Part shown: positions 20,131 through 27,682 of the stretch, one piece after another | How the letters are laid out: each line of letters opens with the position of its first letter | Numbering within the stretch: position 1 is the stretch's first letter | DNA from: Vulcanimicrobiota bacterium | Lineage (GTDB): Bacteria > Vulcanimicrobiota > Xenobia > Xenobiales > JADMJV01 | Assembly (NCBI GenBank): GCA_050250895.1 | Contig: JBFWNU010000006.1 | Coordinates: 529,902-593,901 of the forward strand | Reading direction: 5' to 3' | DNA: 64,000 nucleotides | Position numbers and translations under genes: made by a program | Notes under the pieces: model-generated | Databases searched by the model: none | Told to the model about the DNA's origin: nothing | What the model saw: only the letters and a program-made list of their open reading frames with translations

Positions 20131-22026
20131 TCAAATCTGAGACAGGCGTCCCTCGTGTTGCGGATGAAAGTTCTTCACCAGTTGGGCCAACAGCGCGAGG
20201 CTACGCCGGTCGTCACAGGCTTGAGCAGCCTCTCGCATTGCTTCCAGCGACGGGCCCGGCCAGTCTCCTTCCGGCGGCGGGCTGGTCACCCGCTGGATCT
20301 TGGCCGCCTCGGTGGCCTCGACATCCTCACCGACATTGGTGAGTTCTTCGTGCATCTTCTCGCCCTGGCGAACGCCGATGAACTGGATCTCGATATCGCG
20401 GTCGGGCTCGTAACCCGAAAGCCGAATCAGATTGCGGGCCAGATCCACGATGCGCACCGGATTGCCCATGTCGAGCACATAGATCTCTCCTCCACGAGCC
20501 ATCGAGCCGGCCTGGAGCACCAGCGCTACGGCTTCGGGAATGGTCATGAAAAAACGCGACATCTCGGGGTCGGTGACCGTCACCGGACCCCCGCTCTCGA
20601 TCTGACTGCGAAAAGTCGGGATGACGCTCCCGCGCGAACCAAGCACGTTGCCAAAGCGCACAGCCGCAAATCCCGGCCCCGGATTCTTGGCCAACAGTAG
20701 CTCGCACATCCTTTTGGTGGCGCCCATCACGCTGGTAGGATTGACGGCTTTGTCGCTCGAGAGCAGGATGAACTTGCCCGTCTGGAACTCCTTGCACAAC
20801 TCCATCACGGTCAAAGTGCCAAAGACATTATTGGCGATCGCCTCGGCCACATCTTGTTCCATCAAAGGCACATGCTTGTGGGCGGCGGCGTGGAACACGA
20901 CTTCGGGCTTGACCCGCTCGAAGACCGCCCGCATGCCGGCCCGGTTGCGCACATCGCAAATCGAACTTTGGACGGGTTTGCCAGCCAGCTCGACCAGCAA
21001 CTCGTGAATGCTGTTCTCACCTCGCCCCAGCAGCACCACCGTGGCGGGCTTGAAGTCGAGCACCTGGCGGCAGATCTCGGCCCCGATGGAGCCTCCGGCT
21101 CCGGTCACCAGCACCCGCTTGCCCTGCAGATACGAGGCGATGCGCTCGGGTTCAAGGGGAATGGTTTCGCGCTCGAGTAAGTCCTCGATGCGCAGCTCTC
21201 GCAGGCGCGACACCTGGACATGGCCGGCTACCAGTTCGGTGGCGGCCGGCACGATCTTGAGCCGAAGCTCGAGGCCCTCGGTCAGCCGCACCACCTCGCT
21301 GGTCTGGCCCGGGGTCAATTGGGCCAGCACCAATTCTTCGACCTCGTGTTGAGAAACCAGGCCGGGTAACTCGGCCAGACTGCCCAGGATCGGCACGCCG
21401 CGAATGCTGGCGGCGGCCAACTGGCTCTTCTCGTCTACGAAACCGACCACCTGATGGCCCGAGTCGGCCCGGCTGAGATCGCGCAGCACCGACTCGCCCC
21501 CGTCGTTGGCTCCCACGATGAGGACCCGAACCCGATGCAGGCTGCGCGTGGCTCGCTCGCTGGCCAGGCGCAAGGTCAAGCGGGCTCCGCCCACCATCGG
21601 AATGACCAGCAGCCAGGTCAGGATGGGACCGGTGCGGGGAAAGATGAAGCCACCGCTGAGCACGGCCAGAAACTGGAAGGGCAGCAGGCTGACCGTCACG
21701 GCCACCACCAGTTCGATGAGTTCGCGAATGCCGGCATAGCGCCACACCCGGTCATACAGGCCAAAGAGATAGAAGATGACCACGCTAACGGCCGATACGG
21801 CGGCAAACCACAGCTGATTATCGAGAAAGCGAGCCATCAACTCGAAATCGAAGTCGAGCCGCAGCCCCACCGACAGAAACAAACTAAACCACACCAACAA
21901 GAAGTCAGTAATGGCCAGCGCAGCTTTCTGCTTCCTGGTCAAGTCGGCGGTAATCTCATTCCACGGATCGTTGGCGTTTCGAATGATCGGCCGATAGAAC
22001 CTTTTGAAGCTGCCTTCTATCGGCAA
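20131..22026 (-). CDS. CapD/PglF-type nucleoside-diphosphate sugar dehydratase
   Basis: four N-terminal TMs; VTGAGGSIGAE, HAAAHKHVP, DKAVNPTSVMGATK, VRFGNVLGSRGSV. Confidence 0.93.
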   Translation of the reverse strand: MPIEGSFKRFYRPIIRNANDPWNEITADLTRKQKAALAITDFLLVWFSLFLSVGLRLDFDFELMARFLDNQLWFAAVSAVSVVIFYLFGLYDRVWRYAGIRELIELVVAVTVSLLPFQFLAVLSGGFIFPRTGPILTWLLVIPMVGGARLTLRLASERATRSLHRVRVLIVGANDGGESVLRDLSRADSGHQVVGFVDEKSQLAAASIRGVPILGSLAELPGLVSQHEVEELVLAQLTPGQTSEVVRLTEGLELRLKIVPAATELVAGHVQVSRLRELRIEDLLERETIPLEPERIASYLQGKRVLVTGAGGSIGAEICRQVLDFKPATVVLLGRGENSIHELLVELAGKPVQSSICDVRNRAGMRAVFERVKPEVVFHAAAHKHVPLMEQDVAEAIANNVFGTLTVMELCKEFQTGKFILLSSDKAVNPTSVMGATKRMCELLLAKNPGPGFAAVRFGNVLGSRGSVIPTFRSQIESGGPVTVTDPEMSRFFMTIPEAVALVLQAGSMARGGEIYVLDMGNPVRIVDLARNLIRLSGYEPDRDIEIQFIGVRQGEKMHEELTNVGEDVEATEAAKIQRVTSPPPEGDWPGPSLEAMREAAQACDDRRSLALLAQLVKNFHPQHEGRLSQI

Positions 22027-22049
22027 ATGGATAGCGGCTTAGGTCAAGA

Positions 22050-22078
22050 GGGTTTACAAAACGTTAACAACAAGAAAC
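22050..22078 (+). promoter_or_regulatory. 11-bp-spaced direct-repeat operator (TTTAC/TTAAC)
   Basis: GGGTTTACAAAACGTTAACAA; 18/21 identical to 58804-58824. Confidence 0.6.
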
Positions 22079-22132
22079 GAGACGAAGGCTCGCGCCTGTA
22101 GTATGATGGTGGAAGCACCCAGGAGGTTTCGC

Positions 22133-22852
22133 ATGCTGGAAAATGTCGACCGCATCATGAGCAGGATGCAGCAGATCGAACGCAAGATGGAAGGCAACCC
22201 CGTCCAGTCGAGCGACTTTCAGCAGTTGATGAACGAACGCCTCGGCCAGCCCGAGAAGGCTGCCAAAGCCGGTCAGATGGGCCAGAACAAGCTCGACGCG
22301 ATGGCCAACATCAATCGCCTGACCGCCATGCAGAACCTCAATCCCCTCGGCGGCAGCTGCAGCAACGCCAGCGCCGTGGTTCCCCTGGCTCAGAACAACT
22401 CGGTCTCGTGCGGCCAGACCAGTGTGGCCATGTGCATCAACGCCCTTACCGGCAAGAATTATCAAGACTACGACATCAACAACAAATACGGCTTCGAGTT
22501 GCTCAACGCCCTCAAAGCCGAAACCCAGTCGGCCGGCTACAGCTGGCACGACGGTGGCGAAGTCTCGGCCAGCAGTTGGAACCTCATCGACCACAAGGTC
22601 AACGTCGAAAAACTTCCCGTCATCGTGGCCCTCAACGGTCCCGAATTCTCGCCTTCGGGCCGGGGTCACATCGTGACCATCATCAAAACCGAGGGCGACA
22701 ACGTCACCTACGCCGACCCGGCCACGGGGACCTTGAAAACCACCACCAAACAAGCCATGAACATGGCCCCGCAACACCCCGACGGCAACTTCATCTTCTA
22801 CTCCAATCAAGAGAACCAGGCCCTCCCCACCAACATTCTTCCCTTCAGCTGA
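22133..22852 (+). CDS. C39-like (papain-fold) peptidase domain protein
   Basis: AQNNSVSCGQTSVAM, GHIVTI, YADP; AGGAGG RBS; no signal peptide. Confidence 0.75.
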   Translation: MLENVDRIMSRMQQIERKMEGNPVQSSDFQQLMNERLGQPEKAAKAGQMGQNKLDAMANINRLTAMQNLNPLGGSCSNASAVVPLAQNNSVSCGQTSVAMCINALTGKNYQDYDINNKYGFELLNALKAETQSAGYSWHDGGEVSASSWNLIDHKVNVEKLPVIVALNGPEFSPSGRGHIVTIIKTEGDNVTYADPATGTLKTTTKQAMNMAPQHPDGNFIFYSNQENQALPTNILPFS

Positions 22853-22858
22853 CGTGAT

Positions 22859-23021
22859 TCAGCGCTTCGCGCTGAGAAGGGGAACCGCTTCGCGGTGATT
22901 TCGCCCTGCGGGCGACGAGCAGCGGCCTGTGGCCGAGATGCCGACTCTGGTTCTCCCGGTGAAGCCGGGCTCCATTCCCTCGAGCGAAGCAAAAGCTCCT
23001 TCCTCGCCCGCCAAGCGGGCG
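22859..23021. repeat. cluster of six short GC-rich hairpins (REP-like)
   Basis: TCAGCGC-ttc-GCGCTGA, ACCGC-ttc-GCGGT, TCGCCC-tgc-GGGCGA, CGGCC-tgt-GGCCG, CCCGG-tgaag-CCGGG, CGCCCGC-caa-GCGGGCG. Confidence 0.55.
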
Positions 23022-23115
23022 CTCCTCGTTTGACCAAAGTTTCATAACGGGGCTACATCTAACCAGGCGGCCAATCATAGTATGAGGACGTATCATCGCT
23101 GGAGGCGTCTTCGAA

Positions 23116-23925
23116 ATGAATGTTACCGCGCTCAAACCGGGTCTGATGGCCCGCACCCATAACGCTGGCCAGGCCGAGCCCAATCCGCCGGCCGACAACA
23201 ACGAACCCAAAGAGAGTGTTCGCTTTAGCGTCGGCAAAGCCGCCGCGGGCCTGGGTGGCGCCGCTGTTGGCTATGTGGGTGCCAATCTGGCCACCACCGC
23301 CGTCAGCACCGTAGCCCTGGGAACCGGTTCCTTGCCCGGTCTTCTCCAGTTGACAGTGGCCGCACTTCCCAAGGTCGAAGTCAGCGCCGAGTTGGCCGGA
23401 CTGGTTCAGAACGGGCTGGTGAGTGGATTCGCCGTCGGCGCCCTGGTAGGAACGGCAGCCGCCATCGGGGCCGGAGCGGCTATCGCCTATCATGCCGCCG
23501 CGGGAGCCCAGTTGGCCGACCCCACCGCCGCCCCCGCCACCGAGAGCAAAGGATTCTTCAATCAGCTCGGCAGCGAGTTCCGCCAGAGCGGTGCCGAGAT
23601 GAACGCCCAGCTTCACCAGGTCGCCCAGGCCGACTCGTACGGCGGTGCCGCCAAAGCCGGCGCCTTCGCGGGCGCCTCGCTGGCCGGCCCGGTCGGAGCC
23701 TACGCCGGCAAGTTCCAGGGAATGTTCCTGGGCGCGGCCATCGGGGCCGTGGCCTGCTTGCCCCTAATGCAGCAAATTCACCCGGCCCTGGGCCTGATCG
23801 GTGTGGTCGCCGGCGGCGCCACCGGTGCCGCCATCGGTGAGCCGGTCGGACACTTCGCCGGCTCGGTGGCCGGGGCCGCCGTGGGTGCAGTGGGCGGAGC
23901 CGCCTACCACGCCGTGCGCGGTTAG
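23116..23925 (+). CDS. Gly/Ala-rich glycine-zipper membrane protein
   Basis: repeated GxxxG hydrophobic helices; GGAGG RBS; disordered N-terminus. Confidence 0.75.
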   Translation: MNVTALKPGLMARTHNAGQAEPNPPADNNEPKESVRFSVGKAAAGLGGAAVGYVGANLATTAVSTVALGTGSLPGLLQLTVAALPKVEVSAELAGLVQNGLVSGFAVGALVGTAAAIGAGAAIAYHAAAGAQLADPTAAPATESKGFFNQLGSEFRQSGAEMNAQLHQVAQADSYGGAAKAGAFAGASLAGPVGAYAGKFQGMFLGAAIGAVACLPLMQQIHPALGLIGVVAGGATGAAIGEPVGHFAGSVAGAAVGAVGGAAYHAVRG

Positions 23926-24704
23926 TCTTCTAGTTCGATAGCTTCGTTGAAGCGATACAGTCGGGCCGGCCTTTGCCGGCCCTTCTTTTGTTTCTCGTCG
24001 GTCTCGAGAACCACATCAGAAGCGAGGATCTTCTTGCGAAAGTTGCGCTTGTCGAGTTCTTTGCCGAGCACGACCTCGTAAGCCTGCTGAAGCTGGGTCA
24101 GGGTAAATTTCTCTGGCATCAACTGAAAGGCCACCCGCGAGTTCATGATCTTGGCCCGCAGGCGAGTCAGAGCTCTCGACAGAATCAAGTCATGATCAAA
24201 AGCCAGTTCAGGCAGGTGGTAGACGCTCCACCAGCGAGCTTCGCGGGCATCGGCGTTGGCCGCCGGAGTCAGCCGCTGGTTAGGCACCAGCGCATAGTAG
24301 GCCACCGTGATCACGCGCGTTCGCGGGTCCCGCTCGAGAGCTCCAAAGGTATGCAATTGCTCGAGGAACACGTCCTTGACGCCGGTCTCTTCGAGCAGTT
24401 CGCGAGCAGCGGCCGCTTCCAGGCCCTCGGCCTCGCGCACGAAGCCACCCGGCAAAGCCCACCGGTCGCGAAATGGCCATTGCCCACGACGCACCAGCAG
24501 AACGCGAAGTTCCCGTTCCTGCAGAGTGAAGATGACGACATCGACAGTGACCGACGGGCGAAAAAATCGGCCAACCTCATAGTTCTTCGCCTCGGGAAGC
24601 TGGCGCTCCGCTTCGACTTCGGCCTGAATCTGGGCGAGCGTACGGACGGGTATAGGCGATTCGAGCAGGGTGGTGACCTCCAACACGGGGCGACGTTTCC
24701 TCAT
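23922..24704 (-). CDS. nrtR: NrtR-family NUDIX-wHTH transcriptional regulator
   Basis: SVTVDVVIF, WALPGGFV, ARELLEETG, EQLHTFG..RDPR, LAFDH, DKRNFRKK, RPARLY. Confidence 0.9.
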   Translation of the reverse strand: MRKRRPVLEVTTLLESPIPVRTLAQIQAEVEAERQLPEAKNYEVGRFFRPSVTVDVVIFTLQERELRVLLVRRGQWPFRDRWALPGGFVREAEGLEAAAARELLEETGVKDVFLEQLHTFGALERDPRTRVITVAYYALVPNQRLTPAANADAREARWWSVYHLPELAFDHDLILSRALTRLRAKIMNSRVAFQLMPEKFTLTQLQQAYEVVLGKELDKRNFRKKILASDVVLETDEKQKKGRQRPARLYRFNEAIELED

Positions 24705-24771
24705 AGAACCGCTGTCCCCTCCCCCAGTGTCAAAAGGAGATCCTAACACGAAGACCAAAAACTGGTCGCCT

Positions 24772-25596
24772 ATGGGAGAAAACAAGCCAGGAGTCTCTAG
24801 AATCGGGGTCACCTTTCGTGACCGCCACGATGGGGCCGAGCAAGCCCAGGCCAGAGCCCAGGCGCAGTTAGAGTCCCAGGGGGTCAAAGTCTTTGACCTC
24901 GGACAGGTGCTCGACGGCGAAGATGTGGATGTCTTGCTTGCCTTTGGCGGCGACGGCACCCTGCTGCACGCCTCCCGCTTGATGGGCACTCGCAACATTC
25001 CGGTGCTGGGCGTGAACTTCGGCCGGGTTGGTTATCTTTGCGCCGTGACCGAAGAACAACTCGACGAGACCCTCGAGGTCCTGGTGCGCGGTGTCTATCG
25101 CGTCGAAGAGCGTTGTATGCTGCGAGCCACGGTCCTCAACCGTCGCGAAGTAGTGTGGCAGGTCGACGCCTTCAACGAGGTGCTGGTGGGTGGCAGCAAC
25201 CGAACCCTCAGCCTGGATGTCTCGATTAGTGGCGAGCATATCGGCACCATCGTTGGCGATGGAGTGATCATCGCCACTCGCACCGGTTCCACCGCCTACG
25301 CCATGTCGGCCGGGGGCCCGGTCGTCTTGCTCGAATCGATGGTGCTGGTAGCCTCGAACGCCATCTCGTCAGCCCTGCTGGCCCCCACCGTGTTGCCGAT
25401 GCACGCTACGGTCGAGATCACCAACCGGACCAAGGTGACTCGACCTTACGTGATTGCCGACGGCCAAAAAGATTATCAGATCCTCGACGGTACCGTCATC
25501 CAGGTAGAGCGATCCCCCAACTCGGTGCTGTTGGTTGACCCAGGCCTCGTCAGTCCGCTGGCAAAACTTACCAAAAAATCTGCCGAGCGGACATAA
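24772..25596 (+). CDS. nadK: NAD kinase
   Basis: GGDGTLL, GVNFGRVGYL, NE, DGVIIATRTGSTAYAMSAGGP. Confidence 0.92.
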   Translation: MGENKPGVSRIGVTFRDRHDGAEQAQARAQAQLESQGVKVFDLGQVLDGEDVDVLLAFGGDGTLLHASRLMGTRNIPVLGVNFGRVGYLCAVTEEQLDETLEVLVRGVYRVEERCMLRATVLNRREVVWQVDAFNEVLVGGSNRTLSLDVSISGEHIGTIVGDGVIIATRTGSTAYAMSAGGPVVLLESMVLVASNAISSALLAPTVLPMHATVEITNRTKVTRPYVIADGQKDYQILDGTVIQVERSPNSVLLVDPGLVSPLAKLTKKSAERT

Positions 25597-25602
25597 TTTC
25601 GA

Positions 25603-25631
25603 TTGATCATCTCGGTTCGAGCCGCTATACT
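25603..25631 (+). promoter_or_regulatory. sigma70 promoter
   Basis: TTGATC-17 bp-TATACT. Confidence 0.65.
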
Positions 25632-25637
25632 CGAACT

Positions 25638-25762
25638 AGAGTTTCCTTCGAGGCTTTGGCCTCGAGTCCGGGGGGGGCGTTTTAGGGACTCTCCCCCCGC
25701 TATTAGACCAGGTTGATGCGTAGCTGTTCGGTCGCGCATCAGGTGGGTTAAAGAGAGGAGTT
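25638..25762 (+). ncRNA. candidate structured 5' leader or sRNA (unassigned)
   Basis: three predicted hairpins between the promoter and the GAGGAG RBS; no family recognised. Confidence 0.35.
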
Positions 25763-25768
25763 GGCACT

Positions 25769-26017
25769 TTGCCGCCAATTCGAAAACGAGGACTGGAAGT
25801 GGCGCCCGGCATCACCTTGCGCTCGAGCGAATCGCCCGACGGACGCTGGGTCGCCTGGATCGAGAAGAACGGTAGACCGGTTGAAGTAGAAGAGAACAAA
25901 CCCAGACTCTTCGAAGGGCCCACCTGCTATCAAGCCCAGTGTCGCGCCATGAAATGGCTGCGTGGTCAAGATTCTACTCGGATTCGCATCCAACGAGCTC
26001 GAACCGCCTCTGGCTAA
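25769..26017 (+). CDS. small hypothetical protein
   Basis: TTG start with GAGGAG RBS and an upstream promoter. Confidence 0.65.
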   Translation: MPPIRKRGLEVAPGITLRSSESPDGRWVAWIEKNGRPVEVEENKPRLFEGPTCYQAQCRAMKWLRGQDSTRIRIQRARTASG

Positions 26018-26506
26018 TTAGTCGATGCGGAAGTAGATCTTCGTCAACTTGCCGTCTACGAAACGTAGCTGCCCAAAGGTGCGGGGCGTATCCCAGCAGT
26101 CGGTGAAGTTGTAGCTGGCCACGCCCGGCCGTTCGCCCACCAGCGAGCCCTCTTCGCCCAGAATGTGCTGGGCGGTTGCCAGGTCGTCTCCAAATTGCAG
26201 GCCCGCCGGCAGGTCTAGTTTTAGATCCACGGCCGGGGCGTCCTCGGTTCCTTCCAGCACGCCATATTCCAGATGGGACACTGTGCCGGAGTTGCTCAGA
26301 ATCACACGCAGCGAATAAGGACCGTCCCGCTCACGCCAGCTATAGATCTCCCAGTCGCTGTGCTTTTGTCCGGGACCAAAGCGCTGCTCGAGTTCGCTGA
26401 TGTTGGTCCGGTCAGCCTCGATATCCCCCACCCGCGGACGACGCGTCGGCAGGGTCCACCAGGCGAGGAGAGCCGATACCAGCAGGACAGCCAGAACGTA
26501 GCGCAT
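26018..26506 (-). CDS. hypothetical exported/membrane-anchored protein (possible immunity protein)
   Basis: N-terminal hydrophobic segment; directly downstream of the DUF5995-like gene. Confidence 0.65.
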   Translation of the reverse strand: MRYVLAVLLVSALLAWWTLPTRRPRVGDIEADRTNISELEQRFGPGQKHSDWEIYSWRERDGPYSLRVILSNSGTVSHLEYGVLEGTEDAPAVDLKLDLPAGLQFGDDLATAQHILGEEGSLVGERPGVASYNFTDCWDTPRTFGQLRFVDGKLTKIYFRID

Positions 26507-26554
26507 GACCCGATGGTATTCGAAAAGGGCCGGGGCCGTCTGTGACTTTCGTCG

Positions 26555-27595
26555 CTAGAAAGCGTCGAGAAAGTTCTGTTCGACCGTTTCGTTGGTGGTT
26601 CTCAGGGCCTGGTCGTGGTCCCGCACGAAGGCGTCGGCATCTTGATTCTTGAGCAGGTTCAGGGCCCGGTCGTAGGCGTCGGCGCGCCACGACAGGATGG
26701 TCTTGGTGGCCTCGCTCTCGCGACCGTCGACCGCCCCGAACCAGCCCGCGATGGTGCGGAAAGGGCTGCCTTTGAGGGTTTCGTGAACGGCCCCGCGATG
26801 GGTGGATTGGGCATCAACGAACACATCTTTGAGTTCGCCGTTGAAGAAATTCTTCCACTTGCCCGACAAGTCGCTCTCGCGGAAGTGGCCTTCTTTGACG
26901 CCTTCGTTGAGCACCTGGGCCATGGCCCGGTCCAGATCACTCACCACGTGGGCGCGCAGACTATGCATAAAGCCAGAAACCTCGTCGGTGATGCCCGGGC
27001 TGACATCGAAGCCCTGATCGCTGGCGCTTTTCCACACGCCGTCCATGTCGTTGGCGTCTTTGGCGTGGGCCGGGTCGTAATACTTGTGAAAAGTGTTGAT
27101 GATACCGTAGATCATCTTTTGCTCGTCTTCGGGACGTCCCTCGGCTTTCTTGAGCATATCCTCGGTGATCTCGGCATAGATGGTGGCGAAAGGCAGCGCA
27201 TCGCCGTCGGTGCTGTCGAGTTTTTTGCCGGACTTGAGGTCTTGCACGAACTGCTGTTGGTCGCGCAGGGTCTGCTCGGCCTTCTCGCGGGTAAAGTCTT
27301 CGGGATTGACCCTCACTTCGCGGTCGTCGTGGGTGCGGCGACGAACGTCGGCGATGGCCCGGTCGCGGGCCGCCTGGGTGGCCGGGTCGGGTTTGTCGGG
27401 CCCGGCGCCCTGGCCGTTCTGGCGCATTTGGGTGGCGAAGGCACGCAGGCGGGCGGCGGGGTCCTCTTCCCGCTGTTCGCCCAGGGTTACCCGGTCCTGG
27501 GGAAGGTCGCTGGCCGGTTGGGTGGCCGGGGCGGACCCACGGCGAACCGGAGCTACAACGGGATTCGGTTGAAGTTGAACTGGCGCTGCACCCAT
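26555..27595 (-). CDS. hypothetical protein with DUF5995-like C-terminal domain
   Basis: GAGGAGG RBS; FATIYAEITEDML..FHKYY..W..AHVVSDLDRAM recalls DUF5995; Pro-rich N-terminus. Confidence 0.65.
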   Translation of the reverse strand: MGAAPVQLQPNPVVAPVRRGSAPATQPASDLPQDRVTLGEQREEDPAARLRAFATQMRQNGQGAGPDKPDPATQAARDRAIADVRRRTHDDREVRVNPEDFTREKAEQTLRDQQQFVQDLKSGKKLDSTDGDALPFATIYAEITEDMLKKAEGRPEDEQKMIYGIINTFHKYYDPAHAKDANDMDGVWKSASDQGFDVSPGITDEVSGFMHSLRAHVVSDLDRAMAQVLNEGVKEGHFRESDLSGKWKNFFNGELKDVFVDAQSTHRGAVHETLKGSPFRTIAGWFGAVDGRESEATKTILSWRADAYDRALNLLKNQDADAFVRDHDQALRTTNETVEQNFLDAF

Positions 27596-27682
27596 ACGGC
27601 CTCCTCGCCTTATCGGTATCACGCACCGCCGAGGATCTGTCTAGACATGTTTCAAAAAAGTTTCTGGCTTGTGAACGTCTGG

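Noticed and set aside
24705-24771. Canonical NrtR operator
   Set aside because: No convincing GT-N7-AC palindrome; only partial matches
25638-25762. tRNA, SRP RNA or a known riboswitch
   Set aside because: No T-loop/cloverleaf, SRP loop or aptamer consensus recognised; kept only as an unassigned candidate
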